This document shows positions 43,531 to 58,495 of a stretch of 64,000 nucleotides of DNA, in pieces. Every line of letters begins with the position of its first letter. Positions within the stretch are counted from its first letter, which is position 1. The position numbers were made by a program, and so were the translations under genes. The notes under the pieces were generated by a model, which did no database searches, had not been told where the DNA came from, and worked only from the letters and a program-made list of their open reading frames with translations. The stretch spans positions 37,944,001 through 38,008,000 of the forward strand of contig OZ024746.1 of the NCBI GenBank assembly GCA_964016885.1, given 5' to 3'. The DNA is from Eledone cirrhosa (taxonomy: Eukaryota).

Positions 43531-44032
43531 ATATACATACAGAAGAAATCCATCATTTGTAAATCTTTTACTGATGCTACTTCTTTATTGCAATGTGGAT
43601 ACATTTCCAATCTGAAAAATATCACATATAGGGCCATCCTTCTGAGTCGGCATATATACAATTACACACTAAGTGGATTCACGCACCTACTAATCATTTT
43701 AATTCTCTTACAAATACAACTAAAAATTCAATACCTGATACGCCTGAATGCTCTACCTTATATATGTATACATACAGATATACATACCTTCTCATGAATC
43801 TAATTTAAAGGGATTTTATGACACATTTTGTTTAAATGATATGAACAAATATTATACGAGATGTTCTCATTTTATTTAGTCTGATTTTATTATGTAGTTG
43901 TTCAATTTAAAATTTTATTTCACAAATTCTATCCCACTACTTTGCTTAATTACATTCCACATCTCTAGTTGGTTCCCAAGAATCCGTAATTTTATTGTAT
44001 TCATTCACTTAATGCCTTCCTTAATTTCTTCT

Positions 44033-44137
<105 letters not shown>

Positions 44138-44198
44138 TGTGTGTATATATATGTATATGTATATACAGATATATATATATATACACATATACACATAT

Positions 44199-44293
<95 letters not shown>

Positions 44294-44299
44294 CGTAAG

Positions 44300-44344
<45 letters not shown>

Positions 44345-45101
44345 TCCTCTTTTCTTGTCAGCTCATTATCTTTTGTAAAGACATGTTTACGAGTGTGCCA
44401 TTCCCAGGTCGTCTACAATCACTTAAAAATTACTGCACTAAAGAAATATATGAAGAAAATGCTTTTATAACAAAATAACACTAAAACATAATGAACAATC
44501 ACGTAAATATTTCATTTGGTTTGTTTTCATGTTCTATGTTAATCTTTTTTAAGTGTGACAAAATATTCGTTCTTTAATTTCATAATAGTTTCTTCTATTT
44601 ACGTTATTCTACGTAGCGAAACAATAATTCTATAAGCCCTGCGACACCAATTCACTATTTTACAACTGTATAATTGATTTTTATAACAATTATTTCTGTA
44701 CAATTGTTTTAACTGTGTTGCGAAACAGGGATTCCATTCATATTCAAATATATATGTTTATGTATATGCCTGTATATATGTATATATTGTAAGGCCTACA
44801 CACATACATACATGCTTAAACGTATAACGAATACACACAACCACACACTCATATATATGCATGTGTGTTTGTGTGTACTTATATATAATTGCATTCGTGT
44901 GTATATGCGTGCGCGTGTGTTCGTGTGTGTTTTTATATATGGAAGGAAATGTGAATGCTAGAACAATAGGATTTCACAAATACCCACAAAAACGTACACA
45001 AAAATGCATAAAGACATGCATGCATGTATACATATAAACATACACACTTATAGATAGATCGATGCATAGATACATGGATAGGTAGAAAGATAGATACATA
45101 A

Positions 45102-45167
<66 letters not shown>

Positions 45168-45608
45168 GTGGCATCCCACTAAATTTGCGGGCAGCAAGTT
45201 TCTAGAAGTGAAGTGCAGGATCATTCCACCAAGAACTCTGTATGATTCTCCTGACGTCAATTCGGAAACCTGCATTAATGTAGTTAGGTCTTACAATGCG
45301 AGGTATATGTTGCAATCAGATAAGTTTCATTGGATTGCATTTCTGCTGCATACCAACCGACAATGTCTATTTCATGGATTTTGCTTTATTTACTGTCTTA
45401 GATTTGCGTTTCTCCCAAATAATATGCAAAACTTTTTTTTTTCTGTAAATATTATATATTAAATTTACCTGAATTTTGAGTTATAGTTTAAGTTGCCTTT
45501 CTATCATTAACCTACATGCTTGTATTATAGTGAATTTACCCACTACTAGTTAACAGTGAGGGAAGTCGTTTGGATTCATGAGTTTCATTTATATATAAAA
45601 TATGTTAA

Positions 45609-45835
45609 GGGTGGTGGTTTGACAGAATTGGTAACGCGTCGGACAACCACACATTGCGGCATATAGTCAGGGTTCTTTACGTTCTGATTTCAAATGCCGC
45701 CAAGGTTCGATTTGCCTGTCATGGTTAATGGGTCGATAAAACACATTTCCAGTAACACTCTGGAATCTATTTAATTACTCCAAACCCACCATCAACCACT
45801 AAATAATTAGTGGCCTTGTGCCTAAATAAGAAACA
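45609..45835 (+). mobile_element. Decayed SINE family B, followed by decayed family A-like core (~45880-45935)
   Basis: TTTGCCT.TCAT...GGGTCGATAAAA and GGCCTTGTGCCTAAA; then TTGTGTCCTTCAGCAAAACA. Confidence 0.7.
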
Positions 45836-46104
45836 GAAAATGTGTAAACACAATCGTGCAAGTGTTTGCACATCACACTGATGTTGTGTCCTTCAGCAAA
45901 ACATTATTTGACATTGCCCCAGTTCACTCAATTGGAAAAATATGATTAAAATCCCAGCTAGTTCATGCTCCCTATCAGACTGAGTCTATCAGTGAACTAT
46001 GTTAATGTGCACGTGTCTGGAAAATGCTCAGCCACATGCATGGTAATTGACGAGCAACTAGGAAACACGTTGTCATAAACGAGAGGTCCAACACACTACG
46101 CAAA

Positions 46105-46192
<88 letters not shown>

Positions 46193-48234
46193 ATGTGTGT
46201 GTGTTTTGTGTGTGTTTATGTATGTGTATATTTCTGCGTTTCTGTGTATATATATGTTTACATATGTATGAACCATATATACCATATATATATATATATA
46301 TGTATGTATGCATATATACGTGTGTGTGTGTATATATATATGTGTGTCCGTGGGGATGGGGGAGGGGTGAATTGATATATTGCTCGATGCTTTTGCACGA
46401 TGCATTACTTTGTTGCTGAATAAAAGAAAACGAAAGGAAAAGGAAAGATGCATCAATGTATATAGTGACTATACCGAGAGGAAATAGTATAAATCAGCAT
46501 CTCCTGACATAGATCATTATTGTACACTCTTCTAGTATTCTCTGTCCTTGCTACTTGCCGTCAGTTGCTGACAGATATGAAGAAGATTTATTTTTTCAGT
46601 TATAAAAAAGGACACAACCATGACTTGAACATAGTGATTTCATTCATATATAATAGAAAGAATGATATTCTACCGCTATTTCATGCTCACGTCATTTTCC
46701 TTATCTGCTGCTTACTTTCACTTTTGCTTTTACATTGAAAGAATTGTCGACTATTTGCTTTTTCCTTTAATTTTACCTATTTTTGATGTTTATCTCGTCA
46801 GTTATAATACTGAAGCCTTTTTCTAGTGTTTTGTGTATATTTTAATACACGTTCTTTTCGGCAAGCTTTCATGATATTACTTCTGTTATTTATGCTTCTG
46901 TTACTGATATTGATGTAACTTTATTAATTTTTTTTATTATTATTATTGAAGATGTTGCTAGCGTTGATAGTTTCTTTGATGGTTTTGTTACTATATTTAC
47001 TAGTCCCATCGTAATGCTGCTGATACTGACAAGGAAAACGATGCTGTTAATGCTTGCGAAGAAAATGATGTTGTTGCCACTGTTACTACATGTAATTATA
47101 TCACATTCGTTCTTAAGCGTTTTGTTCAGATTTTCTATTTTATTCCTTGCAAATTGTATATATTTTATGATTTATTTATAATTTTACTTCATTCTTCTTA
47201 TTTTTGCCTTGTTTCATTGTTTTACATTGAATAAACACTTTGTCTCAACTCCGATCTTGTAGACCTTATTTGACCCTGTCGATTGAAATTTCCTTCGTGT
47301 TCCTTCTTTAACTAACAATACTCTTTCGGGCGTTGCTTTGGTGTTAGTTTGTATTCGTGAGACTATTTCCATTGTCGGTGCTATTCATGGTGTGGTAGAT
47401 GACTAAGTTATTCTAATGTTGTGGTAACTTTTATTGATTATTCTGCGTTCTGTATTGTTTTATGTTGTCTAGAGTTTTTGGTCCTACTTGAACATCATTT
47501 TCGTTGTGGCTGTTTGGGGCTGTTTTATTTGAGTGATGGTGAAGTATCTAATAAATATAAAGTTTTTTTATGTGTGGTTTTCTCCGGTTTATTTCTATTA
47601 TAGATGCATATATCACTTCTACTGATATGTTTATGATTTATGGAATTGTTGCTGTTCGTTGTAGGCGTTGTATAATTTTTCCACTAATAATTATACTGCA
47701 GTTCATTTTGATATCACGTCGATACATAGAAGAATTTGTTGAACTCCGGGCAAAATATTTTGCAGTATTTACGCAAAACCACGAATGGATGATATGTTGG
47801 CATTAGCACTGTTATATTATAGATAATAATATATGTCTAAATTAAAGATAAAACCATATTTTATGCATAATAAGCATAAATGGGTCTCGCTATGAATTTC
47901 CTGAGCTGTTATCTTTTCGCAGTTATTACAGGAGCCGTGTGATGATACCAGACGCATGTTTTTAGACTTTATCTGACTTTTACTAGGTTTACTAATTCGG
48001 TATTGAGAAAAAAATATACTATAGATTGTATAACGTTTCCGTATAAAATGAGAGTTCGCGATACTCACTTGTATATAGTACGAGACTGACAAGCTAGGAT
48101 TAATTGTCTAAAGCACTTAGATACTACTGTTCATAATAAGGGTAAAAAACAGGTCTGGCGTTACTGAAATATTTGTGACATGATCAGAACTTTGAACAGT
48201 CATAGGGTGACTCATATATATGAGTTGTATACCT

Positions 48235-48280
<46 letters not shown>

Positions 48281-48282
<2 letters not shown>

Positions 48283-48626
48283 TGTTATACTTGGGGAGGG
48301 TCATATTGTTATAATATTACCAGAAATAATTTCGCTTCTGTATCCTTTTTTCTCCATAGTTAATCTATTTGGCACTCAATGTTTATCATTGATTGACCAA
48401 CGGTTAAAAATACAAATATAAATATATATAGAGATCAGAGCAAACAGCACGGACACTCTATCTCAAAATTATTTTTGAAAAGCATTTAGAAATGCGCAAC
48501 CGGTAAAAACTTAAAAACTTAATACCACAACTGAATACTAACCCATACAATCACTAATACTCTTTTATTCCTAATTAAACCATTTTTCAACTGTGAACAA
48601 TTTGTCAGCATGTTCTATTCCGTTTA

Positions 48627-48670
<44 letters not shown>

Positions 48671-48752
48671 ATCAATTTCTTATGTTGCACATCTGCTACA
48701 CCATCAATGATACTATTATATTTCCTCCTATTGTATTGTAATGTCTACGCCG

Positions 48753-48753
<1 letters not shown>
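48281..48753 (-). mobile_element. pLTR-like element (33.6/57.8-kb family) split by a nested insertion at ~48431-48630
   Basis: 48281-48430 and 48664-48753 join to match 57783-58065. Confidence 0.7.
48472..48508 (+). ncRNA. Degenerate HHR, U3-A8 core variant
   Basis: TTT-TTGAAAA-GCATT taga AATGC-GCAA-CCGG-TA-AAA. Confidence 0.55.
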
Positions 48754-48805
<52 letters not shown>

Positions 48806-48986
48806 CAAATTAAAAAGCGGAGTTAAAGACTCACGTTAATCCCCTACAATTTAATGAGCTCAAGGATTAGATTCAGGGCTCTTTATAAAACTGTATATAG
48901 AGAGAAATGCACAAAGTGTTATGTGTTAATTATGGTAGATAGAAAACCACCATAGTGAAAAACAGAAAAGGTGTTGGTCTCATATT

Positions 48987-49430
48987 TTAGATGGCTCGTC
49001 GGCAGATGGACAACAATATGGTCTACAATCCTAAAATACATTAGCTACCTAAAGGAGAATACAGATCAATTAAAAGAATAAATTAAAATGTACAAACTAT
49101 CCAATAATAACTACTACACCTGGCAAAGCTCTACCTAGTTCATGTTTCGCCACAAAATGTGTAGATCCCATACTTTAGAGGGCCCGTCGGCACCTGGACC
49201 ACAAAATATGGTCTACAACCCTAAAATACATTAGCTAACTAAAGGAGAATACAGATCAATTAAACGAATAAATTAAAATGTACAAACTATCCAATAATAA
49301 CTACTACACCTGGAAAAGCTCTACCTAGTGCATGTTTCGCCACAAAATGTGTAGATCCCATACTGTAGAGGGCCCGTCGGCACCTGGACCACAAAATATG
49401 GTGTACACTCCTAAAAAGATATTAGATAAC
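48987..49430. repeat. 190-bp tandem repeat (~2.3 copies)
   Basis: AATATGGT(C/G)TACA recurs at ~49015, 49205 and 49395. Confidence 0.9.
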
Positions 49431-50237
49431 CAAACAACGATATATATATATATATATCATGGTCTTTTATTATGGATAACGCATTATTCGATACAATCAG
49501 TTTTCTTGGAAGAAACACTACACACTATACAAAATACAGACCAAACTGTCTATATTAGAAATGTTTACTTCCATATTTCAAAGAGTGGTGAATTTGCAGA
49601 AGCGGTAGAGCCTCAGACAAAATAATGTAGCAGTCACGTTGTTTGTCAACATAATCGACATTTTTCTCCACAAAAATTGCTAGGATTGTACATAAACTAG
49701 ACATCCTTATTATTGTCAGTGTTATGTGGATTAGTAGTATTTTAACGACATCTAATAACATTATCTGCCGCATTTATTCTAGGACTATACGCTCTAAGTT
49801 CAAAGACGTAATCTTTGCCTTTCATCATTTCGGAGGCAGTAAAATATTTTCCCCTTCAATTACTTGGGTGGATTTAAGCAAATGTCTTCCCCCCCAATAA
49901 TTACTGGTCTTGAGTCTAAATAATATTCTTTATTGCCAGCGTCTTTGATATAAATATTATTTTTATAGTCATACTAAAATTCTTATTGCTCTAGGTGATG
50001 TATAGAGACACATAATATAATTTCTGCTGCTATTACTGTTAGTATATAGTTCCACAAATTGTATTGTTTGTGTTTGTGATGCTGTTGTTGTTATTGATAG
50101 GCTGATGGTAGTTGTAGAACTTCGTTGCGTTTACAACCCTGTCTGGTTAAATTTCCCTTTCGCTTATTGTTTTTGTTGCGATATAATAATCACATAGCAT
50201 AGCTGTTAAAATTGCGATTCTAATTATTGTTTATTAC

Positions 50238-50360
50238 GGTCTGTGTTCAAATCCTGTCGAGGTTAAATTTGCCTTTCATCATTACGGAGTCGATAAAATA
50301 AAGTACCAGTAATGTACTGGATATTTGCTGGTCTTGTGCCAAAAGTAAAAACAATTATTA
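50238..50360 (+). mobile_element. SINE family B fragment (another decayed copy at ~49785-49925)
   Basis: GTTCAAATCC..CGAGGTTAA.TTTGCCTTTCATC..GTCGATAAAATAAAGTACCAG. Confidence 0.8.
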
Positions 50361-50489
50361 TCATCATGACAATCATCAACGTCATCGTCATCTTCATCAT
50401 CATTATCATCATCTGTAACACAGAAAATGTTCCAGAGATAGATAGAAATTACCAAATGTCCACAAAAAGTGAATTGATGAGGATTAAAT

Positions 50490-50965
50490 CCATCGTGATT
50501 CGAAGACACTGCATGGGATTCACACAGAAAAAAAGGGTGCTGTTTTTCGTAGGTAACTAAAACTCAAATTGAATCCACACTTCTCTATCCACTTATGAGA
50601 TTCAATATATATATAAAGTAAAGTTCTCCTACATGAATGGGAATACTATCTACTTTGCTCATTATCTACAACCTGTATAATTTATATTTAAATTGTCATA
50701 GAGCTCTAGGCTTTTTTCTTCTTGTTCTCACTGTTGTCTGTAGAATCCTGAATGTCTAAAATCATACAAGACATGTCCCCTCCTCTTTGTCTATTACCAT
50801 AATGTGGAGACCATCCACTTCACATTGCGGAGACCATGTCATCCCATGTGATGCTTTTTTTTTTTGACATTTTCAATCAAACCCTACCGCTGAACTCTCC
50901 ATTTCATGCTTGCCAAATAGTTCCCAATGTATGATTCTTGAGAGAAAAGCTGCCATGTGTAACAT
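50490..50965 (-). mobile_element. Relic of an R4/Dong-like (RLE-endonuclease) non-LTR element
   Basis: Minus-strand remnants RIIHWELFGKHEME and (P)xIMVIDKEEGTCLV, resembling the PD-(D/E)xK region. Confidence 0.5.
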
Positions 50966-51686
50966 CAACACATATTTCTGCCCAATCTCACCCCACATCA
51001 TGAACAACAGCAACTATAACACCAAGAACAGCAAGAGTATATGTACTATGAAACAGAACATATTAGCAAACCTTAGTACACATAATGTTTTAACACATAC
51101 TTTTGATTTACAGAAAAGTTAAAATCATTTGACCAACAAAACATAATGTTATGTTGAAAATCTTTGCCATTAACACTGACAATAATATTCAGAAAAACAC
51201 ACATACTGTGTCAAATTAAAATGTTTCGAATACATATCTACTCAATTGTTTGCAATTATACTTTCGAATATAAAACATTTATATGATTGAAAAAATCATA
51301 GCAGCATTACATGCATTGAACCGACAAATTTCTATAAACAATCTGAATATCTGAATATAAAAAAGAATAGAAGAATAACAGACTAGTAGTATGAAAAGGA
51401 ATTGAAAAATAACACGCTGATATCAAAAGCAACGGGAATTTCCACGGTAAAATACGATTGTAGTTACATGGAAATAAGTCGCTTTCATAATCAAGTTAGG
51501 TGATATAGAACGATATATCTCAAATTCAAACTCCAGCTATGACGAAATCACAATCCTCGATAATACGAGAGACCTACCAATAAAAGGGCCCAACGATATA
51601 TGTGACGAAGTAATGTGACTAGTACAATGTGGATTAAGGATAAAGTCTGACATGTAGTAAATTTCGTGGCCAATATTATTCAACCA

Positions 51687-51689
<3 letters not shown>

Positions 51690-51717
<28 letters not shown>

Positions 51718-52640
51718 CTTCTTCTTCTTCTTCTTCTTCTTCTTCTTCTTCTTCTTCTTCTTCTTCTTCTTCTTCTTCTTCTACGCCAACTTATTCACGA
51801 GAGGGTCGTGAGCGCACAGTACTCAAACACTCCTTCCGTCGGGTCCCATCAAGAGCAACCGTCTCCAAATGATCCGGTTATATCCCCAAGCGAGGTCAGA
51901 CAAACACATGGATGTTATCCAACCATCTTGCTCGGGTTCTACGCCTGTGTCTCCTGCTGGTTGATTTTGCCCATACAATCTGTCCAGACATTCTTTTCTG
52001 AAACATTCTAACCACTTGCCTATAGTATCGTAGTTGTGATCTATTAATTCGGGTAAGTAGCGGCTCTACCTAGGCAGATTCTCAAGGAACTATTTCAGTC
52101 AATAGTTTGAGGAGCCTGTTCGAAGAACATATTACAGTCTCCATTTTATGGCACAAAAACTGACGATGGTCTTCCGACCTGTCCTGGGAGGTGGTGGACA
52201 TAGATTGCGTATTTTGAGAACCTAGAGAAGGTTCGAAAGGGAGGAAGCCTAGACATTTGCCTCCATAAAGCTTAAAATGAATTGCCTATTTCCCCCTGTT
52301 TTCTTTGGTGAAAAATCCCTAACTTCCTAGTTCGCTCTGCTATCCCCCTGATTATTCTATCGCCAGTACAATGACTGGCTATTTACTTAACACTTTCACC
52401 AGGTCACCTAACACAACTGTGTATCCTGATTTTAACCCCTCACCTACTTTTCTAAATAAGCACCGCGCCCAAATCACAATTTCCACGAAATAATGTAAAC
52501 TCTCCATATTTCGTTCCCACCATTAGATTTACTTCAGATGTTAACCCACATATAATCTAGCTGAACCTCAAATGTAACTCTCACAAATGTCATAAAGGAC
52601 ACGCGAGTTTAACGCTTTTATTTCCTAAGTGATAAAAACA
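51690..52640 (-). mobile_element. RTE/Expander-like LINE 3' fragment with (GAA)n tail
   Basis: Minus strand reads GQVVRM..KRM..QIVWA...RR.RRRTRARWLDNI..LETVALD. Ends TTGGCGTA(GAA)n, i.e. (TTC)n at 51689-51781. Confidence 0.7.
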
Positions 52641-53473
52641 ATGCCCCTTCCATTTTTTGTGTTATAATTTTTGTTATTCATCCTTGGATATCTTCCGTGG
52701 TGTTATAGTAACTACTGGCTTTGCATTATAGCTTTCAAACTTGCTGCTGTTGGCTTACACTGGCTGTTAATGATACCCTCCACAACATTATTGCTTTATG
52801 ATTGGAATGTCTTTGATTTACATGTTTACGTTTATTGTTTTTCTGCTTCTCATATTTGTAGATTGTGTTGCTTAACCACAGCTGAATGTTTAATCAAGCA
52901 TATATGCATTAAACGCCATCAAGGTAGTAACAATGTTATCTTTATTACTGACGATATATAACTACATTGTACGAAGTGTTATGTAAATTGGGAGAGATTT
53001 ATCTTTAATTTATTGCCGATCCCTATAGAAGCCCTTTGAATTTTAACAGTTTGTGATGACAGTTGATGGCGCAGCGAATAAGGTTTCTCTTCTTATTAAC
53101 ACTTAAAAATAGGAAGAAGTGCAGCGCCTATTCTAATATCAATTTTCCTGTAACTAGTTGGAGGCAGGAGGAATATATATTCAAATCAAGGAAATCACTT
53201 GAATGCTTGCAAAATATTTCACTCCTCTAAATTATTATTTGGTTCTGGTAAACCAATTTTAAAATAGAATCTACCACCCAGAAAGAAGAACAAGCCGCTC
53301 AACAGATTTACACTTAATTTCCCTCACCTGAATTTCACTAACAATTAGGTATTTCGCTCAATTCCGACCTCGAAACACTTTTGGATATTGGCTAAAAATA
53401 CGCCTACGACTTAACCATATCTAAGTGAGTGGAATTTAAATAATAACTGAGAAAGCAATTCACCCACACGTAT

Positions 53474-53612
53474 GAGTATAGGTGTGTGTATGTATAAGCG
53501 TGTATTGTTGAGTATAGGTAAGTGTATGTATAAGCGTGTATTGTTGATTATAGGTATGTGTATGTATAAGCGTGTATTGTTGAGTATAGGTATGTATATG
53601 TATAAGCGTGTG
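53474..53612. repeat. 36-bp minisatellite, ~4 copies
   Basis: Unit GAGTATAGGTATGTGTATGTATAAGCGTGTATTGTT. Confidence 0.9.
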
Positions 53613-54456
53613 GTTGTATCGTTCAACGATTTATATTGACAAATAAATTAAACATCGGTGATAAACATGAAACTATGCGATACTTGCCATCTTATATGCT
53701 TCCAATGATTGGCCCGATCGGAACCTTTAACCAAAAACATGAGGTGCAGTTTAAAATACTGAAAATATGCTTATTTATGTTGTTTTTTTTCTCATTTTAT
53801 AATTATTTTTCGTTAGATGAATTAGATATGTTAACATTAATTTCACTATTTGGAATATACCCGAACATAATGTGAAGCGTGAAGGCTTTTTAACCGGTGA
53901 TTCTTCTTCGTTATAATAACTAACAGCATAATCATCTTCAGCATTATCATTAACAAGCATTTTAACTATCTTTCTCATCGTCACCATAATTATCACCATC
54001 ACCTTCATCCTCATCTTCATGACCACCAACATAATTTTCATCATCATTATCGTCATGATAAGCATCGGCCTAATGATTATATTCCCTCATCTTATCAGAA
54101 TTATCATAATTTGTTATCATCACCATCGTCATCATCCTCAACCCCACCACCACCATCATTTTAATCATAACATTTATTATCGTCGTCGTCGTCTTCATCA
54201 TCATCATCCTAATCGTCACCTATTCAACAAAAGTCTATAAAGGAGCTGTCTGCGGAAGTTCCAATTAACACACGAAAAGCTCTTAAAGGGCCTCTCATTT
54301 CATTTCTTTTTCATCTGCTCTTGTTTCTCTAATCACGCAGATTCAGCTGTACAGAACTAGCTGTTGGCCATACTGAAATGTATTTTGTTACCGTCATTGC
54401 TGTTGCTAGTGCTGCTTGATGCTGTTGCTGCTATTTCTGATGATGATGATGATGAC

Positions 54457-54499
<43 letters not shown>

Positions 54500-54611
54500 G
54501 TGATGACGATTACATCGGGGGTGGTGATGACGATGATGGTGATCATGATGGTGGTGGTGGTGGTGGTGGTGGAATTGCTGGACGTGCTTGCAATTGTCTT
54601 GACGTTGTTGT

Positions 54612-55003
54612 TATTATAATAATAATAATGAAATTATTGTGTAAAGTGCTCAGGTGCACTACAACTCGTCAATATAGTACATAGAATAATACACAAATGC
54701 CAGGGAAGTACATGTTTGTATGTGTTAGCTGTAGTGTTGGCGGATCTCGGGAAGCATGGAGGCCTTAAAGGATGCAGTGTCTCGACAGCTAACAACTGAT
54801 GCAGGTAGTTTGTTCCATGCTTCAGCAACCCTGAGCGTGAAAAAATGTTTCCGAAAGTCATGGGAACTGTGCTGTTTTCTTACTTTGTGGGCATGTCCAC
54901 GTGTGTTAGACACATGGAAATCGAAAAGCACTCAGGGTTGTTGTTGGCAACATGGTTAACAATTTTGTGGGTGTTTACCAAGTCAGTTGCCAGGCGTCGG
55001 AGC
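54612..55003 (-). mobile_element. CR1-clade LINE 3' fragment
   Basis: LRRLATDL..THKI / NTRGHAHKVRK..RKHFFTLRVAEAWNKLP..FK. Short 3'UTR and (ATT)n tail. Confidence 0.85.
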
Positions 55004-56221
55004 TTCATTATTGGTGGGGATGATGGTGTTGATGGTGATTGTTGTGATATGGTGTACTGGTGGTGGTGATTGTTGTGGTGGGAAATGGATTGCGTCTGTG
55101 GAAGCATTGGTGGAGGTGTTCGTGTTGGTATTCGTAGAAGTGGTGGTCGTCGTCGTCGTGTGGTGCTACTGGTGTTGGCACTTGTGCATGCTATTGGTGC
55201 TGGTGGTGTTGGTAGTGGTGGATGTGATTGTATTTGGCTCGCTGTTGACAATAGTTCTCATTGTTATATTATTGTTAACGTTGTTGATGTTGTTAGGGTA
55301 CATATTGCGACTGTCGTTGCTGGTATGGCTTAGCAATAATTCAATACTGCTTAAACACACAAAGGCATTTCACATATGAATAGGGCATCTAATTCTAGGC
55401 ACACTCTACCCTGGACTACATTACATATCAATATTCAGATAATCCGGACACAAGACTACATTATATATTCAAGGATTTTTCTGCTATATCAAGTTTTAGT
55501 TGCTTTTGCTTGTTACGTGTTTAGCTCTTGAGTAGTTTGTTACGTGTTTAGCTCTTGAGCAGCTTCTACTATAACTGCTGCTACTACTACTACTACTACT
55601 ACTACTAATACTGCCACCGCTGCTGCTACTGCTGCTGCTACTACTACCACTACTACGACGACGACGACTACTACTACTACTACTACGACTACTTCTACTA
55701 CGACTACTACTACAACTATGACTACGAATACTATTACTACTACTATTTTTATCATTATTACCGTTGTTGTTGTTGCTGTTGTTTCTATTAATACGTCTGA
55801 TGATGATTATTCTGCTGCTGCTATTTGCTTCATTTTATAAGAATGACTTTCTGGAACTTCGGCGTCCATGTGTATTGAGAAACAATGCCTTTACATGTGG
55901 CAAGCCTTGCTTCATTCTGTGTATGCACAGAGCGCGGTGTTGTCTGAAGTATGTATACATTACGGCGCAGACTGGAGCCAGTTAGTACAGAAGATCAGCA
56001 GATCACCATCTTTACGACGTCTATACTGTCCATTTGGTATAGTTGAATTATATTCTGGCACACCTACTATCAAATTTCCAGGATTTGAATTCTTGTTTTA
56101 CAACCGCCAACAATACAGAATGCCATAAAATGTTTTATTGCATAGTAATTAATATCCAGTAAAATATATATATTTCCTTTCTCGCACCCGAATGATGCCT
56201 GACTTATCGCCAACACACGGA

Positions 56222-56408
56222 TTGGCGGTATCGGTGGAGGGTCGTACGCCATGCTTTACAGGAAAGAGTTACGGCACTCTATGGTCTGAGTTCAAATACA
56301 ACCGAGGTTAACTTTGCCATTTAGACTTATGGGGTCGATAAAATAAAGTACCAGTAATACACTGGGATAATTGGTGACCTTGTGCCAAAAGTAGAAATAA
56401 TTATTATT
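56222..56408 (+). mobile_element. SINE family B
   Basis: Homologous to 32946-33135. Confidence 0.85.
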
Positions 56409-57485
56409 CATATCAGGGTAAAGAGATTTAGATATTATAATGCACTGATAAACAGAATTCATGTAATCTTCAAATCTCTGTTTAAGGAATCAATACTTGA
56501 ATCTAAATAAAGACGACAGCGAAGACCCGGAATAAATTCCATTGAATTACATCAACTTGACTTTATACTCATACTGCGAGGAAGAGTTAACTTTTCTCGA
56601 TCCCTCACATTTTCTTATTTTTTGTCAAAAAATATAACGACTCATTCACAAAACACCTTAGTTACCACTTTTCCTAAACAACAAGTAATATCGTAGAAGC
56701 TATTAAATCTTCTATAACTTCTTAAATGCTATTCGTCATTCTAACACAGTAGAATAAATACTGCCTTATGTTAATGAAGTCTTTTTTTGTTTTCTTACTT
56801 CTAGAAGCTACTGTTCTCGAAATACTGAAATGTGAAAATTAGCAGTGTTTATGATATTGTGTTGGTTATATTTAATGGATTCATGCTCTCCTTAAAAGCA
56901 TTTCTCGCGTTTTCTTCAATCCTTTCTAATTTCTGTTGAAAATATCAGAAATAAACAGCTAGAGGAAATATGGAGAGATTACCTAGAATGTGAGAGTAAG
57001 TAAAACATGGAGAAGGGTGTTGGGAATATAATAAATTTCGAAAATAAACGAAAGAAAGTCTCGAGGGGATACGAGTAAACAGACTAAAAACCAAGAAAGT
57101 AAAATAGAAATAAATAATATTTTGCAGAGTGAAAGGCAAAAATTCAAATATAGAAAGAACAACACAAGGTAGAAGGGAAAGTGTTTTTAAAAGGAAAGAC
57201 GATAGGATCAAAGGAAAGATTTTGAAAATGGAAACGCAGATAAAAGGGACGAAGTTAGTTGGAGAAAGAGATATAAAATATAAAAAGGAGAAATATGGAA
57301 AGATACAAACATGACATTTAAAAGAATAGTATAAAACTGCATTGGCAGCACATTTAATCATAGACAAACCATTCTGCGTAACGCAGTATATTATGCTGAA
57401 ACTCAGACAAAAGATTTGAACCAGGAAAACCTTGGACTATAATCCCAAATCCAGGCACACACGCGCGTGCAAATATATATATATA

Positions 57486-57749
57486 AAGGGTAAAGACCCT
57501 CTTCGGTCACGAATGCCATGGGATGTGCACCTAGAAAGTTTTCCTCCGAGGCACAAGTCCAAGCAAGGTAGTTTGTGGAAGACCAATAGTTGCCCATGCA
57601 TACAAGTCTCCCCTCTCCACGCCACCGATGAGGTCCAAGGGAAAGGCAATGGCCGATACAGCTTGGCACCAGTGACGTCGCAACTCATTTCAACAGCTGA
57701 GTAAACTAGAGCCACATGAAATAAAGTGTCTTGCTCAAGGACACAACGA
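57486..57749 (-). mobile_element. SINE sharing the family A core but with a different 3' body
   Basis: GTGTCCTTGAGCAAGACACTTTATTTCA core, then an unrelated ~220-bp tail. Confidence 0.7.
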
Positions 57750-57782
57750 GAATATATACAAATATATATATATATATATATA

Positions 57783-58075
57783 TATTGTTATAATTGGGGA
57801 CGGTCGTATTGTTGTAGTACTATTGCCAGAAATAATAACAGAACACACTCACTGTTTGGTTGGTTTCCGCTTCTGCATCTTTTATATCTCCATAGATGAT
57901 TTATTTGGCCATCAATGTTTATCATTGACTGACCAACGCTCAAAAATACAGATATAAATATATATATATAGTCTAACAAATTCTTTCGTTGCACATCTGC
58001 GACATCATAAATGATACTATTATCATGTTTCTCCCTACTGTATTGTATTGTAATGTCTACGCCATTATTATTTTA
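57783..58075 (-). mobile_element. pLTR-like element with degenerate HHR (57976-58013)
   Basis: Homologous to 33564-33842. Confidence 0.7.
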
Positions 58076-58495
58076 TCTATTTATTTTTAAAAAAACATGG
58101 TTCATTACTATAGGAACACACCAGACAACAACATGACGGTAACATAGACAACATAGAAATTAAAATAATATCTAAACATAGAAATGAGCAAACAGGTAGG
58201 CAAATCAGAGAAGCGAGCGAAATAGAGCTTAGAAAGCCAAGGCTAAACAGAAGAAAATGAAAGGAATAACAACAACAACCATACCCAAACAAACAATACT
58301 GACTTAAGAGAAATATAAATAAATAAATAAATAAATATATACACAAGTACAATAACAAACAAATATAAACACACACTAATAAACAAAGATAGAATACAAA
58401 AACCAAAGCACATACACCAAAACACGAACCCACACACCAAACACTATACACACACGGAAACGCATGCGCGGAGACAAAAACAAATAAATAAAGAA

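Noticed and set aside
53474-53612. CRISPR-like periodicity
   Set aside because: Contiguous 36-bp minisatellite with no unique spacers, in a eukaryotic context.
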